Source: Promethearchaeota archaeon (GTDB lineage: Archaea > Asgardarchaeota > Lokiarchaeia > Sigyniarchaeales > SOKP01). Taken from it: a DNA stretch of 64,000 bases. How positions within the stretch are numbered: position 1 is the stretch's first letter; each line of letters starts with the position of its first letter. The translations under genes and the position numbers were made by a program. This document shows positions 10,700 through 19,807 of the stretch, piece by piece. Where the stretch lies: the NCBI GenBank assembly GCA_030599585.1, contig JAUVNS010000007.1, positions 64,001 through 128,000 on the forward strand. Direction: 5' to 3'. The notes below the pieces were generated by a model. That model saw nothing but the letters and a program-made list of their open reading frames with translations, had not been told where the DNA came from and searched no databases.

Positions 10700-11839
10700 T
10701 TACGTTTTTTCTAATTCCATTTGACTAATCGCTTTACCAGACCTAAACGGTATATCCTCTAGACTCTCACCAGCGCTGTAACCAAATTTTTCCTTAAAGG
10801 AATCGTTTAACGATTGGAAGTAAAGCGATAATGGAAGATGTTGTGGGCAATTATTATCACAATTACCGCATTCTATGCACCGGTCGGCAACATGAGCAAT
10901 CCTTGTTAATTGATAAGATTCCTTGTTGATTATCTTTTCTTTCCGTTTCTTCATTAGAATGCAATCAACGCAGTAGCATACTGGACATCCACGAATGCAC
11001 ATATTACACATTGTACATTTTTGGAACCTTTCCAATTTATCTTCCTGAGAAAGCTTGTCCCATTCTTCTAAATCCTTTGTTCTTTTTGCTAAAGCAGTAT
11101 CTTTGATTTTTTTAAGTGCTTCGGAGTGTTTTGTTCTCATATCCTCAGGTAATGGTTTTTTGTTGATCTTTGATTTTTCTACGAGATCAGCACCTTTATC
11201 TGAATATACTATTAGGACAATTTCGTCTGAATCAATAGGTAATACAAGATCGCTAACACTGATATCGGCAACAACAGGGACTTTTCGATTACAACGGGCG
11301 CAGTTTTCTGAGATTTCTAATCCGACTTCTTTTGAGCTCCCATCTTCAAATTTAAGAATTAATCCATTGTCGCCTACTTTTTCTTTGGTTACTTTAGTCA
11401 AGTCGAGTCCTTCTACTTTCTTCAATTGACGCGAAGCATTTATTACCATCCCTCTGTCCTCAAAGCCAACAATAAAAAGATTATCCATATTAATTTGTCT
11501 AATCTTTGCTAGCTCAATTATTCCGCGAGTATCACAGGGACGAGCAATAACTCCAACTTTTTCGTTCTTAGCCCCATCAACTGATTTATGTAAGAATTTC
11601 GCAGCTGTATCCGTTCTAGCGTATCCATATGCAATTAAATTTGTTAAAGGAAAAGTTGTAAGATCTTCTGACTTTTCAACAATAACTGGAGACACTGTAA
11701 ATCTATCTATAGCCCCAGATTTCTTATCTACTTTTAATTTTGCTCCAATAATCTTATCTACAAATTTTTCTTGCAAGAGCGTAGCTAATAGCTTAGGAAA
11801 ATCTTCAATTTTAATTAAATATTCATCTAATGCATCCAT
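10700..11839 (-). CDS. FdhB/FrhB-family (F420-binding dehydrogenase beta subunit-like) Fe-S flavoprotein
   Basis: VIARPCD.R, ENCARC...P..ADIS, CTMCNMCIRGCPVCYCVDC and HVADRCIECGNCDNNCP, as in FdhB. Confidence 0.8.
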   Translation of the reverse strand: MDALDEYLIKIEDFPKLLATLLQEKFVDKIIGAKLKVDKKSGAIDRFTVSPVIVEKSEDLTTFPLTNLIAYGYARTDTAAKFLHKSVDGAKNEKVGVIARPCDTRGIIELAKIRQINMDNLFIVGFEDRGMVINASRQLKKVEGLDLTKVTKEKVGDNGLILKFEDGSSKEVGLEISENCARCNRKVPVVADISVSDLVLPIDSDEIVLIVYSDKGADLVEKSKINKKPLPEDMRTKHSEALKKIKDTALAKRTKDLEEWDKLSQEDKLERFQKCTMCNMCIRGCPVCYCVDCILMKKRKEKIINKESYQLTRIAHVADRCIECGNCDNNCPQHLPLSLYFQSLNDSFKEKFGYSAGESLEDIPFRSGKAISQMELEKT

Positions 11840-11918
11840 GTTAAAAACTTTTTTTCAATTTTTTTATTAAATTATTTTTTTATATTTTTAATAACTATTA
11901 CTTTTTAAAATTTCTTTT

Positions 11919-11991
11919 ATGTGTTGTATGGTGCTTCCATTTCTTCAGCTGAATTCTCGTTTTTTTAACTCAGCTTCATCAGTTAACACAT
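11919..11991 (-). ncRNA. Eukaryote-like SECIS element 1 (3' UTR of hdrA-mvhD)
   Basis: Minus strand reads AUGUGUU-aacug-AUGA-A-GCUGAGUU-aaaaaaacgag-AAUUCAGC-U-GA-agaa-AUGG-aagca-CCAU-ac-AACACAU. This gives helix I (7 bp), the AUGA/GA core, helix II and an A-rich loop, starting a few nt after the mvhD TAA. Confidence 0.9.
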
Positions 11992-11996
11992 TTATT

Positions 11997-12443
11997 TTAA
12001 GCTTTCGCTTTTTTTGTTGGTGTGCTGTCTTTGGTTTTTAGTGGACTAGGTCCTAATTTTTGTATAAGTTTATCGAATTTTATCACTTCTTGTTGAAACT
12101 TTTGCCCCTCGGCTGCGGTACAATACCCAAACATTATCCGTTCTTCACTGAGTCCCATAGATTTGAGCACTTCTTTTAAATACTCAACTTGCCGGTAAGC
12201 AACATAGTTCCCCGTTTCATAATCGCATTCTTTAGGATATCATCCAACAATCATTACGCCATCAGCGCCTCTACCAAACGATCGCATGACCATATCGGAA
12301 CCAATTCTACCGGAACACGGAACTAAAACCACTCTGATAGATAAGGGATACTGAGCGCGAATAGTTCCAGCCATATCAGCGGAACCATAGCCTCATTTGT
12401 AGCAAAGAAATGCTATAATTTTAATGTCTTGTTCTTCTGCCAT
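11997..12443 (-). CDS. mvhD: Selenoprotein MvhD/VhuD (hydrogenase delta subunit, [2Fe-2S]), 148 aa with 2 Sec
   Basis: Absent from the ORF track. Translation: MAEEQDIKIIAFLCYK-U-GYGSADMAG...VPCSGRI...GADGVMIVG-U-YPKECDYETGN...LGPSPLK...KAKA*. TGA at 12393-12395 (codon 17) and 12240-12242 (codon 68) fall at MvhD Cys positions. GAGGT RBS upstream, TAA stop. Confidence 0.95.
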
Positions 12444-12456
12444 TTCTATTACCTCT

Positions 12457-14433
12457 CTATTCCTCCATTGGTAGTAATTCGTCAATTAATGCCATATACT
12501 GATCGTCTCTAAAGTAAGTCAGTTCAATTGCTTTCGATGGACAAATTGCTGTGCAAGATCCGCAACCACGACATTTAATGATGTCAACAACTAACGCACC
12601 AATTTCATTTACAGAAATTGCGTAATATGGACAGATCTCAATGCATTTATAACATTTCGCACATCTTTCATCTATTGGAGTAGCACGAATTAATTCCATC
12701 GTATGTTCGCCTCTGCCCATAGGAATACTAGCAGCAGATGCAGCACCTCTTGCTTGACTTACGGCTTTATCAATTTCTTTTTGTCCTTGAGCCGAGCCTG
12801 CGATATAAATACCCATAGTTTTTGTGCTAATTGGATCTAATCGAGGATGAAATTCTTTTAAAAATCCATCAGGACTTTTCTCCATCTTCATTACTTTAGC
12901 GATTTCTAGGGTACCCTTAGAAGGGAGCGATGCAGACGATAGAACTACCATATGAGCATCCATGGTAACTACTGTATCTGTTCCAACTGGTTCAAACTTA
13001 ACCGTTAAATTCTTCGTTAATGGATCTTCTTGGATTTCTCCAACTAATCCTTTAAGAAATATTATTCCGGCTTCTCTTGAACGTCTATAGTATTCTTCGT
13101 AATCTTTACCGGCGCATCTCATATCTATATATGTACATACGATATCTGAATCAGGGTACTCCGATTTAATTAATTTAGAGTTTTTTAGCGATAGATTGCA
13201 GCATATTACCGAGCAATAAGCGTTTTTCGATACATCTCTACTCCCTACACAATTAATAAACAAGATTTTTGTAGGGCGTTTTCCGTCAGAAGGTCGTTTT
13301 AAGTGTCCGAATGTGGGCCCGTTGGGGGCTAATATTCTTTCTAGTTGAATTTGGTTGATTACATTTTCATATGTTCCATAACCATAATCATCACCTTCGT
13401 AGATGTCCCAACCCGTTGCTACTACTATTGTTCCCACTTCAAGATCTAGAAATTCATCTTGAATGCTAAAATCGATTGAATCTTCTTCGCAAGCATCAAC
13501 ACAAGCAAAACATTCAACACAAGTTTCTCGATTTATATCATAAATCGCAGGAACTGCCTGAGCAAAAGCGATGTCAATACATTTTCTAGCAGATAATCCT
13601 TCGTCAAAACTGTTAGGGATGAAAATTGGGCAAACTTCAGTACAAGCTCCACATCCGGTACATGTTTTCTCACTTACAAATCGGGAGTTCCTTTTAACTT
13701 TTATTCTGAAGTTTCCAATGTATCCATCGACTTCCACGACTTCGGAGTATGATAGGATCTCGATATTTGGATGACGATTTGCCTCCAACATTTTAGGACC
13801 GAGAATTCATATCGAACAATCGTCAGTTGGGAAAGTTCTATCTAACTGGCTCATTCTTCCGCCAATAGTAGTATTCTTTTCAACTAAGTACACTTTAAAT
13901 CCTTTGTCTCCTAAATCTATAGCAGTTGACAACCCCGCAATACCACCCCCTACTACTAGAGCAGCAGGTGTTACAGGAACGGTTTTAGTAGGTACGTTTT
14001 CTAATAGTCTTGATCGTGCTATTCCTGCCCTTATAAGTTCGATAGCTTTTTTAACGGCTTTTTCTCTTACTTCAAGAGCTTGGTGAACGAAACTACAGTG
14101 TTCTCTGATATTTACAAATTCTAAATATCTTGGAGGGAGGCCTGCTTCAGTTAAAATTGCGTGAAAGACAGGTTGATGAGTTTTTGGAGTACACGCAGCA
14201 ACAACGATTCTTTCGAGTCTAAATTCCTCGATCTGTTCCTTGATATACTCTGATCCACCCTCAGTTCACATAGACATATACTCGAAAGCTTTGACACCTT
14301 CTAATTTATTGAGTTCTTCGACAATTCCAGGTACGTCTAGTATTCCAGCGATATTAATACCTCACCGACACACAAATACACCAACAACTGATTTCTTAGT
14401 GTTATTATTATCCTTGGTCTGATTTCCAGACAT
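12457..14433 (-). CDS. hdrA: Selenoprotein heterodisulfide reductase subunit A, 658 aa with 3 Sec
   Basis: The ORF track shows only the C-terminal 444 aa. The frame extends to ATG 14433 through TGA at 14362-14364 (GVFVCR-U-GINIAG), 14266-14268 (YMSM-U-TEGG) and 13807-13809 (DRTFPTDDCSI-U-ILGPKM). It also contains VVAACTP, NIREHCS and the FAD motif VVGGGIAG. Confidence 0.95.
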
Positions 14434-14664
14434 TTTTTACACCTTGGTTTATATATCCTCCTAATTATTCAAGAGTCTATACTTTTCTAATAGCTTCTTT
14501 ATAGTTCTTAATACATTTTAATTATGTATGTAAAATAGTTCTTATTATTAAAATTCAATTATTATCAGTTTTAAATCGATTATTATAACATTTACTCTTA
14601 AAGTGAAGTAACATAAATTTCTAATATTGAATAAAAAAATAAAAATAGATAAAAAAATAGTTAA

Positions 14665-15222
14665 TTATTTTCCGCCAAATTCAGTGACGTCACCAAACAA
14701 ACGCCTCACAGCATCTATTCTGGTTTCTTCACCAATTTGTTCGACATTTTTCAACGCTATGGCTTCTTTTGGGCAAACCGCAATACATTGAGGCTCTGTT
14801 TTTCCAACTTCAGGATCAATGAAATCTTCCTTCATACCATCGCAAAGGTCACAAATAAGAGCATTCTGGGTGTCGATGTGTAAATTTATAACTCCAAAAT
14901 CGCAAGCGCGGATACAATAAGCACATCCATTACACTTATCATCATCTACGATTATAGATCCTGTCTCTTCATTTTTCGACAATGCCTTTTCGGGACAACT
15001 TCGAATACATGGTGCGTCCTCACATTTTTGGCACGCTAGAGCGATGTTAAAAACTGGTTCAATTCGGACTCTATGAATTCGGGTGTTAATAGGATTAAAT
15101 TCGCCATCGTGGACAAATGAGCATACTGATTCGCATGTTTCGCATCCGGTACATAAATCTGGATCAATAATTATAAATTGATGCATCTTTCCCCCGCGTT
15201 TCTTCAAGGATGATCTTGACAT
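14665..15222 (-). CDS. 4x[4Fe-4S] electron-transfer subunit (DmsB/HydN-like) partnering the AOR
   Basis: CTGCETCESVC, CQKCEDAPCIRSCP, CNGCAYCIRAC and CDLC...PQCIAVCP; immediately downstream of aor. The real start may be the second Met (MHQFII). Confidence 0.9.
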   Translation of the reverse strand: MSRSSLKKRGGKMHQFIIIDPDLCTGCETCESVCSFVHDGEFNPINTRIHRVRIEPVFNIALACQKCEDAPCIRSCPEKALSKNEETGSIIVDDDKCNGCAYCIRACDFGVINLHIDTQNALICDLCDGMKEDFIDPEVGKTEPQCIAVCPKEAIALKNVEQIGEETRIDAVRRLFGDVTEFGGK

Positions 15223-15226
15223 TTTC

Positions 15227-17158
15227 CTATTTACCCCCGGCTGGTTTTAACTTACCAATTACAAAATCCAACCCCAAACTCTTTAGAGTTGCATCCGTAG
15301 GAATTCCCGTTTTCGTGTCCCAACCTCGAGCTTCGTAGTATCCGCTTAGAAGTTTTTGATATCCTTCTTCTTTTAAAACGACCCCTTTAGCAGGACCCTT
15401 TGTGTGTGCTTCTTTAAAGAACCTTTCTGGGGGATGATCGTCTGCTCTGGTCCACCCTTCTCGAATATTGAAACATTTTGAAAGGTTTAAGATAGAAGCT
15501 CCTCTTTTATTAATCGATTCTTCAGTGTGTGGAATACCAGTTACTAACTCATAGACTTTTGCCAACTCTGCATCGTTTTCATAAATTCCACGAGTGAACT
15601 TACAAATTATATACGAATCGATAATACAATAGATGTCTTCAAGTCCTATGATTGCTTTACCGCGTTCAAGTGGTTTGTCGTATCCGAATCTATCGAATTT
15701 ACCTTTAGCGTCAAGTCCATAAGCACCATTCCTCAAATGGCAAGCGCCTCTAATAGATACGCTTTCGCCTACAGCAAAACTTGTCATTCCGTGAAGATCA
15801 AAAGCAGGCATTTCTAATCCTTTAATATGCATTCCATAATAGCCAGCGTTCTTTATTCCCTTTTCTTCTAACCTAATACCCGCTTGTTTACAGCCATCTC
15901 CAAAGATTTCATTAGCAAAACCTTTACCAAGAATCATTTCTTCTGTAAATCGTGCTAGATTAGTAGTAGAACCAAATGGGAGTTCGAAACCAAGGTCTTT
16001 TTTCGTTATAAGTCCTAGATCGTATAATTCGCAAGCCATACTGGCTGTTACACCGCCACTAATGGCGTCAATTCCTAGATCATCGCATAAAGCAACGCAT
16101 TTGAAAATTGTTGGCCAGTCAGCGCATCCAGTGTTAGTACCAAATGAATAACACATTTCTACATCAATTGAAGCGACTAAGTTTGGATATTCAGGGTGAG
16201 TTTTAGGTACTCTAGCGAGGTGATCGCAAGCGATTGAGCATTGAGAGCAAGCAACTTTTTTAACAATCCAGTCTTCGTTTAATTTATCACCAGTAAAGGC
16301 TCCTTTATCAATTTCTTCCCATGTGCCTTCGCGATAATTCATGGTAGGCATCATTCCGAGTTTATTGTAACTAGTTATTCCTGCAGGAGTGCCTAAATCA
16401 CGATATTTGGCGGTTGCAGGGCCATTCGCAATTTTAATTAATTTCTTTGCTATCTTGTAAAATTCCTGAGGATAAGCAACTTTAAGGCCTTTCGTGCCCC
16501 GAAAAGCTATTGCTTTCAGATTTTTACTGCCCATCACAGCTCCCATACCAGTTCGACCAGCTTGTCTATTCCTATCGTTCGTAATACATGCTAATTTGCT
16601 TAATCTTTCTCCTGCCTGTCCGATTGACATAACTGCTAATCTCTGATCTTGGAATTCTTCTCTGAGAATTTCTTCCGTTTCAAAATTTCCTTTTCCCCAA
16701 ACCGTTTTTTCACATGGCTCTAGGTAGTAATCGTCATCATCTACAACCAGGTATACGGGTTCAGAAGCTTTTCCTTTGATCACGATCGCATTGACTCCAG
16801 CGCGTCGTGCTTGTGCACCAACAGAACCTGAGGAAATAGCCATACCAAACATACCTGTTAACGGTGATTTAGCAAATACGCCGTATTTTGAACTAGTAGG
16901 TAGTATTGTAGTTGGAAAAGGGCCTATAGACCAGACAAATATGTTTTCTGGACCTAATGGGTCTATACCTGGTTTTAATTCGTCCCAGAGGATTTTTGCT
17001 CCAAATCCATAACCACCAATCCAATCTCGGCAGAATTCTCCAGATAAAGTAGATTTACCAATTTTTCCACTGGTTAAGTCGACATCGAGTCTCACTTGAG
17101 AGTATCCTTTGACATCGTCGGGCAAAGTTATTTCTTTAGATTTACTCATGTTTTTCAC
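15227..17158 (-). CDS. aor: Tungsten-dependent aldehyde:ferredoxin oxidoreductase family protein
   Basis: AKSPLTG, AGRTGMGAVMGSKNLKAI, C..C.IAC, CDDLGIDAIS, KGLEMPAFD and YYEARGWD..TGIPT. Confidence 0.92.
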   Translation of the reverse strand: MKNMSKSKEITLPDDVKGYSQVRLDVDLTSGKIGKSTLSGEFCRDWIGGYGFGAKILWDELKPGIDPLGPENIFVWSIGPFPTTILPTSSKYGVFAKSPLTGMFGMAISSGSVGAQARRAGVNAIVIKGKASEPVYLVVDDDDYYLEPCEKTVWGKGNFETEEILREEFQDQRLAVMSIGQAGERLSKLACITNDRNRQAGRTGMGAVMGSKNLKAIAFRGTKGLKVAYPQEFYKIAKKLIKIANGPATAKYRDLGTPAGITSYNKLGMMPTMNYREGTWEEIDKGAFTGDKLNEDWIVKKVACSQCSIACDHLARVPKTHPEYPNLVASIDVEMCYSFGTNTGCADWPTIFKCVALCDDLGIDAISGGVTASMACELYDLGLITKKDLGFELPFGSTTNLARFTEEMILGKGFANEIFGDGCKQAGIRLEEKGIKNAGYYGMHIKGLEMPAFDLHGMTSFAVGESVSIRGACHLRNGAYGLDAKGKFDRFGYDKPLERGKAIIGLEDIYCIIDSYIICKFTRGIYENDAELAKVYELVTGIPHTEESINKRGASILNLSKCFNIREGWTRADDHPPERFFKEAHTKGPAKGVVLKEEGYQKLLSGYYEARGWDTKTGIPTDATLKSLGLDFVIGKLKPAGGK

Positions 17159-17364
17159 TAATTTTAATTTTTGATATTTTTAGTATAGAGAATTAATACT
17201 TAATATAAAAAATTACCATTTATTAGGTTATTTGTTAAATTAAACAACCTCTACTCTGACTGAAATTCTAATTATTAATTCTTCCAAGATAGTGTTAAGA
17301 TGAAATTTACTAAAAATTGATTATTTTATTGGTGAAATTAGAAAAAAAAAGCATTGACTACTAG

Positions 17365-18417
17365 TTAAAGATCGCCACCACTGACAATACTCCAGCTATT
17401 ACCGTTATATGCGTATGTCCACGTATCTCCAAGGGTGTTCCCTGGGAATCGAAACCCTCCAAATAAGATGGTTTTTTGATTATCAGAGTCATAAACCATA
17501 GAGAAATCCATTCTGTTGGAAGGATGACTTAAAGGTAGAACCTCTGTCCATTGATTGTTCGAGGGATCTAATATCCAAGTGTCTTCTATTGCTTCTCCTG
17601 GAGCTCCCGTGCGCCTTCCTCCAAAAACTATTACTTTATGATTCTGAGAATCATACGTCATTCCATGCCAATAGCGGGTGCCTGGGCTACCAGTAGTATT
17701 CAATTCGGTCCACGTATTATTTCCATAATAATAAATCCAAGTATCATCCAGTATAGATGTTGAACGACCTCCAAAGAGAATTGCTCTTTGATTTATGGGA
17801 TCGTAAACCATATTAGATCCGTATCTACCAGAAGGACTACTTAATGGATTTAATTCCGTCCATGTATTGTTGGAATAATTGTATTCCCAAGTGTCGTTAT
17901 AATGGGGTAATGAATCTTTATAACCTCCAAATAAAATAACTCTCTGAAAAATTGGATCGTAATACATAGCACAGCTCTGTCTAATCTCTGGCGCAGTATT
18001 TGGAAAAACTTCGGTCCATTGATTAGTTTGAGAGTCGTAAATCCAAATATCGTTCGTTAATCCTACATTTCCGCTCCAACCCCCAAATAAAATGGTTTTA
18101 TGGTTAATTGAATCATATACCATCGAATGACCCGATCTGGCCGAAGGTTTATTAGTTAAAATAATCTCATTCCACATGTTATCTATAGAATGGTAAACCC
18201 ACATGTCATCACGAACTTCCCAATCAGTTCCATCTTGAGTTCCTCCTCCAAAAATTATCGTTTTCTGCAGTTGAGGATCATATACTGCTCCAGGACCATA
18301 CCTACCTACGGGAGTTTGGCTTTCGATGAAAGTAACTAATAGATAAATTCCTACCAATCCCGAAGAAATAACGATTACTCCCAACACCATGGAAATGTAC
18401 TTAGTTTTCTTTTTCAT
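17365..18417 (-). CDS. Membrane-anchored kelch-repeat beta-propeller protein (copy A)
   Basis: N-terminal TM helix followed by 6 repeats of 'PSxRxxHxMVYD...ILFGG...DTWxY...W'. Confidence 0.9.
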   Translation of the reverse strand: MKKKTKYISMVLGVIVISSGLVGIYLLVTFIESQTPVGRYGPGAVYDPQLQKTIIFGGGTQDGTDWEVRDDMWVYHSIDNMWNEIILTNKPSARSGHSMVYDSINHKTILFGGWSGNVGLTNDIWIYDSQTNQWTEVFPNTAPEIRQSCAMYYDPIFQRVILFGGYKDSLPHYNDTWEYNYSNNTWTELNPLSSPSGRYGSNMVYDPINQRAILFGGRSTSILDDTWIYYYGNNTWTELNTTGSPGTRYWHGMTYDSQNHKVIVFGGRRTGAPGEAIEDTWILDPSNNQWTEVLPLSHPSNRMDFSMVYDSDNQKTILFGGFRFPGNTLGDTWTYAYNGNSWSIVSGGDL

Positions 18418-18594
18418 GAGAAAATACTCTGGTCATTGTATTAAATTAGCTTCCCTAACTATTCTAATAAATTGATTTTACGTAAACTTATATATATTTC
18501 TATTCGAAATACCTTTAATGGAAACCATTAAAATTCTTTTTAACAAACAGTGAATTCTCTATTTATTAAGAAATAAAAGGAGATTCGACTTCTA

Positions 18595-19644
18595 CTAAGG
18601 ATCGTTGCCTTTCACGATATTCCAGCTATTACTGCCATGATTAAATACCCAAGTATCTCCAAGATTATTATCAGTGCCCCTTATTCCTCCAAAAAGGAAA
18701 GTTATTTGAATATTAGAGTCGTAAACCATTGTAAAAAATAATCTATTGGAAGGGGAAGTTTCAGGTAAGACCTCAGTCCATTGGTTGTTGGATGGATCAA
18801 ATATCCACGTATCTTCCAATGCTCCCGCATGGCTTCCCCCGAAGACAACTATTTTGTTGTTATTAGGATCGTACACCATGCCATGCCAGTAACGGGTATC
18901 AGGTTTACTTGTAATAAATATCTCCGACCAGGAGTTATTACCATAATAGTAAACCCAAGTGTCATCCATTGTTGTTGTTGAGCGACCTCCAAAGAGAAAA
19001 CCTCTATTGTTTTTAATTTCGTATACAATTTTTGATCCATACCTAACAGGTGGGCTATTTGAAGGGTTGAGGCTAACCCAGGAATTATTGGAATAAATAT
19101 ATTCCCATGTATCTCTAAAATAACTACTAAAACTTCTGAAACCTCCAAATAATATAACTTTCTGTGCGTTAGAATCGTAATACATCGAATGGTCTTGTCT
19201 ATTAGTGGGATGATTCAAGGGAAAAAATTCTGTCCACTGGTTTGTTTGGGAGTCGTAGATCCAGGTATCGCTCGCCAAGCCTACATTTTCTACCCAACCC
19301 CCAAATAAAATTGTTTTATGGTTAATTAAGTCATATACCATCGAGTGACCCGATCTCGCCGAAGGTTTCACAGTTGGATTAATTTCAGTCCATATGTTAA
19401 ATGTTGGATCGTAAAGCCACATGTCATTAAATACTTCAGAACCACTTGTATCTTGATATCCTCCCCCAAAAAGTATCATTTTTTGTAGAACGGGATCGTA
19501 AACCATCGCAGAACCGTACCTCGCTGAAGGAGAAGCATTTTGAATAACAGCAAAAAAAAATAGAGTTCCAATTGTTCCGGAGGAAATTATAATTCCTACT
19601 AAACTTAAAATTAAAATTTTAATTCTTCTCTTCATGAAATCCAC
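18595..19644 (-). CDS. Membrane-anchored kelch-repeat beta-propeller protein (copy B)
   Basis: Same architecture as copy A with long near-identical stretches (KPSARSGHSMVYD.INHKTILFGGW, WIYDSQTNQWTE). Confidence 0.9.
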   Translation of the reverse strand: MDFMKRRIKILILSLVGIIISSGTIGTLFFFAVIQNASPSARYGSAMVYDPVLQKMILFGGGYQDTSGSEVFNDMWLYDPTFNIWTEINPTVKPSARSGHSMVYDLINHKTILFGGWVENVGLASDTWIYDSQTNQWTEFFPLNHPTNRQDHSMYYDSNAQKVILFGGFRSFSSYFRDTWEYIYSNNSWVSLNPSNSPPVRYGSKIVYEIKNNRGFLFGGRSTTTMDDTWVYYYGNNSWSEIFITSKPDTRYWHGMVYDPNNNKIVVFGGSHAGALEDTWIFDPSNNQWTEVLPETSPSNRLFFTMVYDSNIQITFLFGGIRGTDNNLGDTWVFNHGSNSWNIVKGNDP

Positions 19645-19807
19645 TCTAAATAAATTTCCGGTATGCCTTCTTTAATCTTTCTGATTTATTGATATCATGT
19701 CAACTTATATAATTTTCCAATCAAATGCTTTTTAACAATAATAATAGCATATTTAAAGTGGTTTAAATTATATTTAACAACAGAATAAAGACTTTAATGT
19801 TGTTATT

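Noticed and set aside
11997-14433. hdrA and mvhD as nonsense-mutated pseudogenes
   Set aside because: All five internal stops are TGA at conserved Cys positions, with no frameshifts or internal TAA/TAG, intact RBSs and a downstream SECIS.
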